A stretch of 64,000 nucleotides of DNA from Gracilinanus agilis (lineage: Eukaryota). The position numbers were made by a program, and so were the translations under genes. The stretch is from assembly GCF_016433145.1 (NCBI RefSeq), contig NC_058132.1, positions 16,905,261 to 16,969,260 on the forward strand, written 5' to 3'. The notes beneath the pieces are model-generated. The model had not been told where the DNA came from, made no database searches, and saw only the letters and a list, made by a program, of their open reading frames with translations. This document shows, in pieces, positions 25,356-37,290 of this stretch (the stretch's first letter is position 1; every line of letters begins with the position of its first letter).

Positions 25356-25436
25356 GTGAGGCAGGGCCCCTCCGCACCCCCTCTCCCCGGGACCCCCCCA
25401 GCCCAGCCCGCTCTCACCCCATCTCCCCTTCACCAG

Positions 25437-25565
25437 GCACGCTGTCCATGCTGCAGTGCAACGTCTTCCCGGGGCTGCCCCCCGACTTCCTGGACTCGGA
25501 GGTGAACCTCTTCCTGGTGCCCTTCATGGACGCCGAGGGCGACAGCGAGAGCCTGCCCCGTGCAG
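25437..25565 (+). CDS. SMG9: SMG9 coding exon 11
   Basis: cag|GC...G|gtcctg (weak donor); TLSMLQCNVFPGLPPDFLDSEVNLFLVPFMDAEGDSESLPRA. Confidence 0.92.
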
Positions 25566-25648
25566 GTCCTGCCCCGGGCCCCGTGGGGTGGGAGGGAGGG
25601 GCGGGCGCGGGGCCCAGAGCCCGGCCCTCACCCTCCCCTTGTCTGCAG

Positions 25649-25793
25649 GCCCAGGCTCCAGCCCGCTCTTTTCCCTCCTCCCGGGCTACCGGGGCCACCC
25701 CAGCTTCCAGTCGCTGGTGACCAAACTGCGAAGCCAGGTGATGTCCATGGCCCGGCCGCAGCTCTCGCACACCATCCTCACGGAGAAGAACTG
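25649..25793 (+). CDS. SMG9: SMG9 coding exon 12
   Basis: cag|GC...TG|gtagg; PGSSPLFSLLPGYRGHPSFQSLVTKLRSQVMSMARPQLSHTILTEKN. Confidence 0.96.
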
Positions 25794-26401
25794 GTAGGGG
25801 CCGGGGAGGGGGGGCAGAACCAGGGGTTAGAAATAGCAGAGTCTCGGGAGCATTTAGAGAGGCGCAGCGACCACCCTGTCAGTCCAGCCTCCTGGAGGAA
25901 AAGGGGGAGCGGCTCCCCATTTTTTAGCCAGTGCCCACACTGTCTGGAGGAGAGGCCCAGCCGTGCCTCTGTGGCACTTGAGAGATTCAGAGCTAGTTGA
26001 ATGACCAGCCCCAGGAATGGCCATTAGTGAGTCATGACTCACTCTGGAGGACACCCCCGGGGAGGGTCCCAAGAGGCAGCCCCAGGCCAGGCCAAGCCCC
26101 AGGTTAGCCTCAGAGCAGCTGTGTGCAGGGCCGACGGGTCGCTCCCGCTGCCCTCCGCTGTGGCCGTGATCTGAGGGCTCTGAGGGGCCATCCTGCAGCA
26201 CGGGGGTGCCTTGGCCGGAGCTAGAGGAGAAGGCAGGGAACGACACCTCACGGACTCCCCGAGGGAACAGGGGCCCAAAGGACATCTGTGGTCAGACAGG
26301 GGCTACTCTGGCCCCCCCATCTCCGGTCTTCCCCTTGGGCCGCAGGGAATGGGCCTTGGTCATCCCCTCCTGCAGACCCCTTTGGCCTTCTAGGAGTGCT
26401 C

Positions 26402-27077
26402 TGTAAGAGGGAGAATTTCGGTATTTTATAGATATGAATTTAAAATGTGACTGCCAGGAATCAACAATTCAGGTTGATTCCGTAATTAAATCAGACCCAA
26501 GTCAGCATCGGGTTAAGGCAGTTTATTTACAATCAGGAAGGTAAAAGTATGGGAATAAAGAGAAAGGTAGAGGCTAGACCAGGCCTGCAGAGGCCTGGAC
26601 GAGAGAGAAGGTTAAAAGGCTAAATAAATCAGGCTACAAGCCACAAGGCCTAGCAACCAGATAGGCTGGTGCCTACTTAAGGCAGAGTTTGGAAGCGGCC
26701 CAGCTAGACCAAGGAAGTCAGCCTAACTTCCCCACGTGACAATACAGAGTAGAAGCTGCCTGAGGTCTCAAGGGAGGTCCTTCAGCACCAAGTTCAAAGC
26801 GGGAACTGCCTCCACAGGAAGTAACCAACAAACTTGAAGAGTTAGTGTCTTTTGTCACTTCCTGTTGGCCCACCTTTAATTCAAGCAGACAAATGGCAGT
26901 CTCAACACTGTTTTGGACTGCCCAAAGGGCAGACCCTTGTTCTTGATTTGTTACTTATTGTCACGTGTGGGTAACTCATCTCCCCTCTCCATTAAGGGAG
27001 GTGAGGATGACATCATTTCTATGCCTAGGATGGGTAGAGTTTTGACTATGAATCGGCTAGAGTTAGTTCGACTTACA
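26402..27077 (-). mobile_element. Solo ERV LTR in the last SMG9 intron
   Basis: TGTAAG...CTTACA inverted ends; AT-richer than its flanks; AATAAA on - strand at 26522-26527; flanks GTGCTC/CAGCTC are only a partial TSD; orientation tentative. Confidence 0.65.
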
Positions 27078-27246
27078 CAGCTCCACCGTCCCCAGCTGTC
27101 CGGGCACTCCACTGGGCCGTTCCCTGAGGGCCTCCGTGTCCCCTCTGAGCCTCAGCCCACTTTACACATGATGGTACCCCTCAGGCTCGAGGCCCAGCCG
27201 TGGACACCGAGTTCTCGTGCTGACCTCGGCCTCCCCCTCTGCCCAG

Positions 27247-27325
27247 GTTCCACTACGCTGCCCGGATCTGGGATGGGGTCAAGAAGTCCTCGGCCCTAGC
27301 CGAGTACAGCCGCCTGCTGGCATGA
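27247..27325 (+). CDS. SMG9: SMG9 last coding exon (not in the ORF track)
   Basis: cag|G TTC CAC TAC...; FHYAARIWDGVKKSSALAEYSRLLA-TGA; spliced CDS totals 523 aa with all phases consistent. Confidence 0.96.
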
Positions 27326-27444
27326 GGACGTGCAGGAGGTGGCATGCAGGGCTTCCGAAGTTCCCGGGAGGACGGTGGGTCCCTCCTTTCCCCCACCTCC
27401 AGCTGCCATGTGTGCGGACGAGCACACCAGGCCCCCCCGGGGCG

Positions 27445-27468
27445 CAGCAGCAGCAGCAGCAGCAGCAG
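27445..27468 (+). repeat. (CAG)8 in the SMG9 3' UTR
   Basis: Perfect trinucleotide run. Confidence 0.95.
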
Positions 27469-27756
27469 GAGAGCCACTGGGGCGTCCGCCCGCTCAGAAG
27501 ACACCAGGGGGCAGGTGAAGGTTCTCAGGGGTCGATGGAGCCTGGGGCTTGTCTGTCCCCACAGACGGAGGGAGGAAGGTGGCACGTTTGTAAGGCCCTC
27601 AGGAGGGGGCCCCTCTCCCGGCCCCCTGTTCTCGGGATGGACAGCCGGACGCGGCGGGGGCTCTGAGCTCCCGCCTCATGAGTCTGCCCCTCCGAAGGCC
27701 AGGACTGACCACGTTCTGTCCGCGAGGGCTCCGATTCTGGGTCAGATTTGTTGGTT

Positions 27757-27762
27757 AATAAA
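27757..27762 (+). terminator. SMG9 polyadenylation signal
   Basis: AATAAA about 430 nt after the stop. Confidence 0.75.
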
Positions 27763-28129
27763 GATGGTAACACAGCATGGCGTAGGCTTCTCTTTCTGAG
27801 ACGCCATCCCCTTCTCCCTGATTGAACCCCGGCCCTGGCCCCGGGGTGGAGAGGGCTCGTCACCTCTGCATCTGATCACGGCTGGCAGGTCAGAGCTGCT
27901 GCTCCCCAAGAGTGCCAGGCTGGAGCCTGGGGCTGGTCCTGCCTCCCCCATCCCTGGGGCCAGAGAAGGCGCAAGCTGGGTCGTGGAGGTGGAGGGGGCC
28001 GAGAACAGGATGTGCGGGGCCTTCCGTGTGCAGAGCAGCACAGAGATGTTGGTCAAACTTGCTCATCATGCAGACGAGGCGGTGCGAACACCCTTTGGTG
28101 GGCACGACTTCTGCCTCCCTTTCTTTTCT

Positions 28130-28332
28130 TTTCTTTTTTTTTTAAACTCTTTCCTTCTTGGAGTCAATACTGTATACTGGCTCCAAGGCAGATGAGAGGT
28201 AAGAGTAGCAATGGGGGTCGAGTGACTTGCCCAGGGTCACACAGCTGGGAAGTGTCTGAGGCCGGATTTGAACCTGGGACCTCCCGTCTCTAGGCCTGGC
28301 TCTCAATCCACTGAACTACCCAGCTACCCCCC
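28130..28332 (-). mobile_element. SINE1_Mdo-type SINE
   Basis: Poly(T) plus reverse consensus. Confidence 0.88.
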
Positions 28333-29751
28333 TTCTGCCTGCCCTTTCACAGGCCGGTGAACAGAGCCCTGGTGCTCGCCCAGGCAAACACGAGAGTGCT
28401 GCTGCAGGTGCTGACAACGCCTGTGCCGTGTGTAGGAAGGTGAATATGGCTGTACGGGTGGTTTTCTGTGCTTATTAAATAAGCCATTCATTCCAGACAG
28501 ACCAAGCGATGACTGATTCTTAGGGCCTGCGTGGCTATGCGGGACATGTGCTGTTGCCCACATGGGACACGTTCTGATGCACGGAGTGTCTGTAGTAAGA
28601 CCGAGTGTTAACGAGGGCTGGACCGAGGCGGGATCCCGCCCCCTCGTCACCCCCTCGTCACCGCCTGGAGGGAGCAGCCTTGGGGCCGGAGAGGTGCCCG
28701 CCTGCTCCTCTAGCTCTGCCTCTCCAGATCTGGGGCTTGGGCACGTGGCCTTGTTGGGCGGCCCCTGGGGGGAAGGGGGAAGCCCGGGCTCAGAGCTGCA
28801 GGCTGACCCCTCCCTACCAGACGTTGTTACACCAAGATGGCGGCGCACAGAGAATAGGAAGAGCGCATTTCTCCAAGCAGAGAGCCAGGAGAGATGGGAG
28901 GATGGATGGAGAAGGAAATAGGGCTGACAGCAGCCACCTGAAGGAGCTCTCTGGGAGGGAGAGTTCGGCTCGAGCAATCCCCCTTGAAGAGATGTCTCTG
29001 GGGAGGCAAGCTGGAGAGCCAGGGCGGGGTCAGGTTCCCGTTTCTCGTGTGGCCGCCATCCTCCGAGCCACCGGAGGGCCTGATGGTGCAACGGGGCCGA
29101 GGCCTGGCCCCTGCCCTCCAGGGCGAGATCCCGTCTAAAAGCCCTGGGCAGGGCCCAATGTCGTCGATGCCCCACGGATGTTTGCAGGCCCTCTCTTGGC
29201 CCTTCCATCTTGGCAGTCATGCCGATTCGAGTGTCCGGAGGACCTGCCACAAGACTTCCGCAGCTCCTCACCATCGGCGGGCCATAGAGAGGCGCCACAG
29301 GCTCAAGGCCCGGGCTTGGATCCCGCCTCACAGGTGCCGCCGAGTCGTGGGCAGCTCACCTTAAGCTCCAGGCCTCTCCTTCCCCCCTTCTAGCCCCGGG
29401 TGACCCTCCGGTGATGATGGCCGCCTGCTGCCCACTGCTCCCACGCCATCCTCCATCCAGCTCTAAGCACTCCTTCACCCTGTCCCCCTCAGGCCCTGCC
29501 GGCAAGCCGGCCGGTCCACTGTGCCCTCCGGCGCCTTCTCCCTCGGGAGCAGACTGGATGCCGTCCTACGGCCTTTCCGCTCTTGCTCTCTCCATCTCGT
29601 CGCAGCCCCCAGACCGGCTCCCCCCCTGACAGGACTGCTTCCCCTTTCCTGCCCCCAATGCGCCGCTCATGGCGGGGGCGTCGGCAGCCGCTTGCCCCCA
29701 CCTCTGTCTACCATCTCTTACCTTCGACATCTCCCTGTCCACCGGCTCCTT

Positions 29752-29947
29752 AGGGGCACCTAGATGGCTCAGTGCATGGAGAGCCAGGCCCAGAGATGGG
29801 AGGTCCTGGATTCAAGGGTGGCCTCAAGCCCTTTCTAGCAGGGTGACCCTGGGCAAGTCACTTAACCCCCACTACCCAGCCCTTGTTGCTCTGCTTTGGA
29901 ACCAGTACACAGTATTGATTCCAAGAGGAAAGGCAAGGGTTAAAAAA
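29752..29947 (+). mobile_element. SINE1_Mdo-type SINE
   Basis: Family consensus. Confidence 0.85.
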
Positions 29948-29959
29948 GCCACCCTCATT

Positions 29960-30770
29960 CGATCCACGGAGCCCCAATAAGTGAAGTCCCGGGTCTCCTC
30001 GCCGTTGTGCCCAAATGCCTCGAGAAGGCTGTCTGCCACGAGCGCCTCCACTTCATTCCCCACATTCTCTTCCCGAGTCTCTAATCTGGCTTCTGACCCG
30101 TTATTCGGCCAAAGTCACCCGATGGCCTTCCCCCAGCCGTCCTCCTCCTCGCCCTCTGTGCCCATCACCCTCTTCTCGAGGGGCTCCTCTCTGCTTCCGT
30201 GCCTCTGCCCTCCCTCTGCCTCCTTCCCTGGGCCTTGTCCCAGGCCGTGCCGCTGCCCGTGAGTCGGGCCCTGTCCTTCACCCGGTCACTATCTGTCCGC
30301 CGATGACTCAGATCTTCGCATCCAGCCCCAGCCTCTCTGCCCACCTCCAGTCTCACTTCTCCAACTGCTTTTCAGGGGTCTCAAACCGGGTTCCCCCCAC
30401 AGCTGTCTTCACTTTGCCCCATCCCAAAGGAATCACGTTCTCTTTTCCCCCAAACCTCCTCCCATCCGTGTCCCCATTACTGTCGAGAGCATCGCTCGTC
30501 CCCGAGTCCCAACCCTGCCCCCTCTCCGCCTCCCGGCTTCCTTCGAGGCTCGATAACGCCTCACTTTGGCGAGAAGCCCTTCCCGGTCCCCCTTAATCGT
30601 AGTGTCCTCCCTCCACGACACCCCCAGGAAACCCTGCGTCCAGCCGCTTCGTAGCTAGTGATTGTTGTCCCCCTGAATCAGACTGGGAGTTCCTGGAGAG
30701 CTCGGACTGCCTCGGGGTAATCCCGGGGCTCAGCACGCTGCCCGGCCCGCTTAATAGGCGCTCGTGGACC
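29960..30770 (+). mobile_element. GC/CpG-enriched L2 relic
   Basis: L2-like motifs (aaggctgtctgccacgagcgcctccacttc; gactgggagttcctggagagc...ctcagcacgctgcccggc...cttaat). Confidence 0.55.
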
Positions 30771-32104
30771 CACCGATCCCGGGGAGCTCCCTGCACCCAG
30801 CATCCCTCTCACAAGTCTGGACAGAAAACAAGGAACGCTCGGCGAGTAAATACGGCGTCTCACCCGGCAGTCTGCGTAAATTGTAGCGATGGACCCACCT
30901 CTTTCACCCCCGCCGTGAGCTGCTTGGCCCATTCCATGCCTTTGGTTGATGGCCGCTGAGTGTTGGGAAATAGCACCGAATCTGCTCCTTTCAAACCCTC
31001 GAGACGCGGATGCCTCCTCCTGGTGAAGAAGCACCAGTGGCTTGTGGGCGGCCCCTTCCCTGGACTTAGAACTCAGCCCTGGCCTCCCTCCGTCCCGGTG
31101 TCTGTCTGCCACCCGATGGCCGACTTCATGGGGCGGAGAAGCCGGTCACAAAAGTCTCGGCCCCCTCGCAGTGTGGCGAGCCAAAGACGAAAGGCCCCGG
31201 GAAACACGGCTTTGGTCTTCTGAGATATCAATTTCTTGAGCAATGCACGTCGGGCGCCCAACAAATCGGGACCAGGCCCCTTCCTTGGCTTGGGCCTGGA
31301 CCCCGGATACAAGAAGAGACACTTCTATGCCTTTAAAACAGTCCACTCAAGCCACTCAATTAGCGGGAAACAACGCAGTATTGCCTAGTCTGACTTCTAA
31401 AGATTTGGGCCTTTCCAGGTTGGGAGGGGAAGAGTGAACAGGTACAGTTCCCTGAACCCAGGAAGAAAAAGAAAGAAAAGGTGTCCTGCTCCTCCCAGGC
31501 GTGTGTGAACAATCAAAGGGACGTGGAAACAATCAGTGATCCATCCATGCAGGGCCAGTGTCCGGCGAGGCATGTGGGCGCTGGGGACGGCTCCCCGCGT
31601 CCACCTCGGGCTCTGACCGCTTCTGGTCAGCCTGCCCTGCGTCCTTGGGTAAAGGTCTATAATTAGCAGGTGCGGAGCCCAGCTTCCCGGCCACACAAAG
31701 CTGGGTTTAAACAATGCAGTCGGGTTTTCTCACCATTGAATGACTTTTCTCACAGGGCAGAATTTGGATGAGGCCCATAATTGAATAGAAAGAGGCCCCG
31801 AGCTAGCTCCAGAATTAAGTCACAGGCTAGGCGGTGCCCTCAGGTCCTCCAATTAACCACTTGCAGTCCTGTCCTGATGCCCAACTTTCTCATAGCCGGA
31901 CAGAGTCTGCCTCCAGGGAGGGAGGAAGGACCAAGATCTCGAGACCATTAAAGTAGATCCTGGACAGATCAGTCCAGGAGCTCAGGGGATGCTGCATTGA
32001 TTTTAGAGAAGTCATTGATCTGGATTTGTAAAGTGGATTTCTCCCCCAGGAGCTTCCTATGCCAATGAAGTCACCCCCGAAAAGCCCAGTAGAAATTACA
32101 GTGT

Positions 32105-32290
32105 AGGGCAGCTGGGTAGCTCAGTGGATTGAGAGCCAGACTTAGAGATGGGAGGTCCTGGGTTCAAATCCGGCCTCAGACACTTCCCAGCTGTGTGACC
32201 CTGGGCAAGTCACTTGACCCCCATTGCCCACCCTTACCACTCTTCCACCGAGAAGCCAATACACAGAAGTTAAGGGTTTTAAAAAAAAAT
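32105..32290 (+). mobile_element. SINE1_Mdo-type SINE
   Basis: Near-consensus copy with poly(A). Confidence 0.9.
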
Positions 32291-32312
32291 TACAGTGCAG
32301 ATTATGAATTAA

Positions 32313-32541
32313 ACCAGGCGTGGTGGCCCATACCTGGTATCTCTGCCACTAGGGAGATTACGGTCAGGAGTTCTGAGCTACAGTAGGGGCAAAGCCCTTC
32401 GGGTTTCTACACTGTCCGGCACCTGCCCCGTGACTCTGGCCTGAGGAGGGATGAACCATCTTAGATCAAAAAGAGCTTCAGAGTTGGTCAATGGTGGGTC
32501 TTGGACTCTTCCAGCCTGGGGCAGAGAGGAAGACCCAGTTT
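32313..32541 (+). pseudogene. Degraded 7SL RNA-derived element
   Basis: CCAGGCGTGGTGGC...CAGGAGTTCTGAGCT...GCCTGAGGAGGGATGAACC...TCCAGCCTGGG...GACCC follows the 7SL sequence in order, including S-domain parts. Confidence 0.75.
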
Positions 32542-32934
32542 ATTAAGAATATTTTCTTTTTCCCAATTCCATACAAAAACTATTTTTAACCTTTGTTTTC
32601 AGCATTCTGAACTCTGTATTCTCTCCCTCTCCTCCCCCCCCCCCCAAGCTGGTAAGCAATTTGATGGAGGTTAGATTGGTGTGATTATGCAAAACACATT
32701 TCCACATTGGTCAGGTTGTGAAAGAAGATTCTTATTAGGAAAAAACACACAAAGGAAATAAAGTGAAGAAGAGTGCGCTTCTCTCCGTCAGTTCTTTCTC
32801 TGGAGATGGGTGGCCCGTTTCCTCACGAGTCCTTTGGAAGGGTCTCCAGTCTTTGGGTTGTTTAGAACAGCCAAGCCATTCACCGTTACCGTGTACAATG
32901 TGGGAGATCCAGTGTTGTTTTTTTGTTAATTAAC

Positions 32935-33175
32935 ATGTCTTTTAGTTATTGTTGGGCCATTTGTCAGTCTTATCCAACTCTTTATGACCCCATTTGGGTT
33001 TTGGGGTTTTTTGGCAGATATTGGAGTGGTGTGCCATTTCTCTGGATCATTTTACAGATGAGGAAATGGAGGCAAACAGGGTTAAGGGACTTGTCCAGGA
33101 TCACACAGCTAGGAAGTGTCTGAGGCCAAATTTGAACTCGGGAAGCCCAGGCCCTGTGCCATCTAGCTACCCCAT
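32935..33175 (-). mobile_element. Mar1-type CORE-SINE
   Basis: RTE-like tail (ccaactctttatgaccccatttggg...ttggcagatattggagtgg) plus CORE. Confidence 0.75.
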
Positions 33176-33942
33176 TAGTCAACAACTTCTAGAGCTAAAT
33201 CAGCCTTTTCAAGATGGTAGACTTGGAGTCAACCATGGCAATAATAACAGTAATGAATACAAATAATGGGAGACAAGTTCAAGATGTTATTCCATTTGAC
33301 CCTTGCAGTAGCCCTGTGAGGTAGATGCTCTTCTCATCCCCCTTTTACAGACAAGGGAGCCGAGCTTGAAAGGCTGAGCAGCTCGTTTGGTTTCCTTGAT
33401 GTGCCTTCTCATCCCGGATTATCCTCCTCCATTTTCTTCACCAATCCTCTGCAGAGGAGCACCCTGACATGCCAAAATGATGACCTTCCTAATGTTCTCT
33501 TGTCATTCTATGGATCCCCTTGCAGCAGATAGAACACTGGGCCTGGAGTCAAGAAGACTGGAGTTCAAATCCAGCCTCAAACCCTTACTATGTGACCCTG
33601 AGCAAGTCACTCGACCTCAGTTTCCTCATTTGTAAAATGGGGATAACAGCACCTACCTTCTAGGGATATTGTAAGGGTCAAGCGAGATAGCATTTGTAAA
33701 GAGCTTAGCCTAATGCTAAGCATACAGTAGGTGCTTAATAAACGCTTGTTCCCTTGCCCTATAGAATTACATTAATATATTATTCTATTACACTGGTTAT
33801 GCTATAACAATATTTATATGTTGTTATATAGAGATGTAACGTGGGGGGGACTTTACAATGATTGTCTCATTTGATCCTCACAGAGCGCCATATTTGTGGT
33901 TCCATGATCAGTGACCCATGCTCTTGCCACATGGCTGGCCCT

Positions 33943-33977
<35 letters not shown>

Positions 33978-36038
33978 GAAACCCTCTTCACTACTTCCTT
34001 GTGCAATCTTCATTTTGTGCTGGGTTGTGTCATAATTTGATGTCACCTCCGTGTATCCTCTTCCTTTATCTTTGGGTGACCCTCAACTCCTTTTGGGCAT
34101 CCCATGACCCAACCACGTAACATTACCAGAAGACTGTTTCAAAATTAAAAAAGCCGGACGGGCCTTTGTGTCCACCCACTACCCAGTTTCCCAGACACAC
34201 CCCAGCCTGGCTTCCTCTTCCTTTTTCATTCTGAGCCCATGTTCCATGACTGTCATCATGGAGCCACTGTATGAGCTGCCACAAAACCTCATATCCTACT
34301 CTGACTCTGAAAAGCAGGCTTTTCCCGTGAGAATAAGAAGACCAAATTCTTATTGGACGCCATCAGTGATCAGTGTTCTGGGCCTAATGGCCTCTGGAGG
34401 ATCTTCCCATCTTTGGGGAATTTTTCTACATGGATACTGGAGAGCTTTTTGCTGTATGTAAGGAACAGGCTAGTTGGACGTGGTTAATAGTTCTGTTTTG
34501 GGGGGCAACAACCAAAGTACCCCAGACTGGGGAAGCTAGACCCAGGCCACCTTCTTTCCATTAGATAAGGTTTAAGGATTTGGCCTTGGCCCCATTGGGG
34601 TTATCCAGTTTCTTTACATCAGATCTACCTGATCTGATGATTGTGGACACCCACCATGAAGACCGGTGAGTTCTTGTCCTCGGTCTTCCTTGTGGGAGAC
34701 TCCACGGTCAAGAGAAACTTGAGAGCAATAATGATCAAATTTGCTTCTCCTAAGGGTGCTTTGCTGAGAAGACTTGGGTCGTCTTCATAAGTGTCTTGAG
34801 TCACTGGAAGATGGGGAATGTTTGGATTTTCTTTTGTTTTTATAACAATAATGTTTTTATAATAATCATTAGCATTTATATAGCACCTACTATGTGCCAG
34901 GCATTGTGCTATGTGCTTTACAAAATATAATTTCATGGGGTAGCTAGGTGGCTCAGTTTTCTTCTTTACCTTTTTGCTCCTTCTTGGGGAGCAAAGTCAG
35001 GAATACCTTGGATTTTGCACTGGACATTTCCTAAGAGAGGGATAAACACTCAGCAAGCATACACTGCTCCCCACCAACCCCTTCCCTTGCTGTATACCTC
35101 ATTTGATATTAATATTTAAACATAATCGCATAAAAACATACCTGTGGTGAGCAGGAACCCATTGTCTCCCTCGAGAACCCCTCCACCTTGGAGAGCTCCA
35201 GTCCCTAGAAGTTCTTCCTTCCAGAGAGCCCAAGTCTGCCTCTTGGCTCCTTAGCCATTGAACCTTGCTCTGTCCTCTGGGACCAAATAGAACAATTCTC
35301 AGAAACTTTCATGGCATGATGTTGCTTTGAACGTTTGATGACAGTCCTTTCCCATTAGAAGAAATACTTCAGAGTCTTCTCCTGTGCAAGCTGAACCCTG
35401 ACTGCTCTTTCAATGAATCTTTCTATGGCCCCATCACACCAGAGATGGCCCAAATACATCCTTCCTCTCCCTGCTATCTCCCATTGGTCAGTCCAGCCAA
35501 GTCCCTTTTGTCATCAGGCCCTCCTTGACCCAGACAGTCCCCATATTAGACCCCAATACCCACCCATAATCCCTCTAGAAGTCTCTCAAATCCATCGATC
35601 CTTCCATTAGTCCTTGAAACCAGCCAGTCTTCCAACACCACTCTCAGCCCACTTTCCCACATCTGTCCATGACTCCTAAGCCAAAGTCTGTCCATCCTCA
35701 CTCAACTAGCCTTTCTCTTCCTCATTGTCTATCATATGTGACCCAGGGCCATCTGTTTTTGCAGAAAAGTGTCAGTCCCTCAGTCCGCCCTCCAGTCAGC
35801 CCTCCCCGTGGCAATCTATCATATCCTCCCCATACACAATCTACCTAGAGCTGCTCCTTAAGCTAAAAAGACCACTAGAGATGGTAGGAGGTATTCTGTC
35901 AGATATGATCTGAAGCTTGGAACATGGAGGTTCCTTCTGATCATGTAGAAAGCCCAGGAGGAGAAGCAAAAACTTTTCAGGGACTATGAAGTCAAGTGGG
36001 ATGTCAGAACTTGCTTTAGGCCAACCTGCTCCCTCCCC

Positions 36039-36209
36039 NNNNNNNNNNNNNNNNNNNNNNNNNNNNNNNNNNNNNNNNNNNNNNNNNNNNNNNNNNNNNN
36101 NNNNNNNNNNNNNNNNNNNNNNNNNNNNNNNNNNNNNNNNNNNNNNNNNNNNNNNNNNNNNNNNNNNNNNNNNNNNNNNNNNNNNNNNNNNNNNNNNNNN
36201 NNNNNNNNN
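36039..36209. other. Assembly gap
   Basis: N run. Confidence 1.
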
Positions 36210-36715
36210 TGTCTATGTCTCTCTCCTGTCGTCTCTTTTTCTGTGTCTCTGTCTCTCTTTTTCTACGTCTCTGTGTCTCTCTTTTCTCTCTCCTCCCTGT
36301 CTCTCTCCTATCTCTCCTCTGTCTTTGTCTGTCTCTCTCTCCCCTCCTCTCTATTTCTGTCTCTCTGTCTTTCTCATGCTCTCTCTTCCCTCTTTCCTCC
36401 TTATATGTCTCTGTCAATCTATCTCTTTTTCTGTGTCTCTCTCTTTTTCTGTACCTCTGTGTCTCTGTCTGCCTTTTCTCTGTCTCTCTCATCCCGCTCT
36501 CTCTCCTCTTCTCTCTCTCTCCTCCTCTTTCTGTCTCACTCTCTCTGTATCTCTCCTCCTGTCTCTTTCTCATGCTCTCTCTTCCCTCTCTCCTTCTGTT
36601 TGTCTCTCTCCCCCTCCCATTTACCTCTCCTCCTCTTCTTTGTCTCTTCCCCTCTTCCCCCCTCTCTCCATCTTCTCTGTTTCTCTATATGATCTTCTTT
36701 ATCTCTCACTCACTT
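36210..36715. repeat. CT-rich low-complexity tract
   Basis: Degenerate (CT)/(CTGT) units. Confidence 0.9.
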
Positions 36716-37044
36716 TTCACCTTCTTGTAATCTGGATCTCAACTTCACCAAAACTGCCACTTCCCAGGTTGTCTGGGTGATCTCCTACCAAACCCCACAG
36801 ACCTTCTCACTCCACTTTCCTTGATGCTGAAGGTTTTTACACTGTCAATGACCCATCCCAAGCCCTCCTGCCTTGGCTTCTGCGACACTGACCCCTCCTG
36901 GTTCTCCTCCTACCTGTCGGGCCCCCTTCTCAGCCTCCTTTGCCTTCCACTCCCTCTACTGATGGATCCCATCCTGGGTTCTCATTCCTCTCTCCACATT
37001 CTCACACCAAAGAGATTGCATTTGTTCCCATCGATTCTATTTTC

Positions 37045-37290
37045 ATCTCTACACAGTTGTTCAGTCATTTCAGTCATGTCCAACCCTTCGTTGAACCCAA
37101 TTGGGGTTTTCTTGGCAAAGATACTGGAATGGTTTGACCATGTCCTTCTCTAGCTCATTTTACAGATGAAGAAACTGAGGTCAATAGGGTTAAGTGACTT
37201 GGCTAGAGTCACACAGCTAGTAAGGGGCTGAGACTGGATTTGAATTCAAGTCTTCCTGACTCCAATCCCAGCTCTCTATCCACTGACTCT
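37045..37290 (-). mobile_element. Mar1-type CORE-SINE inserted into an L2 relic
   Basis: ttcagtcatgtccaacccttcg...ttggcaaagatactggaatgg...gttaagtgacttg; L2-like sequence on both sides. Confidence 0.75.

Noticed and set aside
28324-29331. 335-aa minus-strand ORF
   Set aside because: Runs through GC-rich LINE/MIR relics, has no domain signature, and long stop-free frames are expected at this GC content
34625-34720. GAPDH-like similarity (SPVFMVGVHNH versus APMFVMGVNH)
   Set aside because: Too short, and flanking residues do not continue the match
35986-36780. Long ORFs across N gaps and CT tracts (also 11249-11834, 43567-44367, 61575-62769)
   Set aside because: Artefacts of N runs and low-complexity sequence
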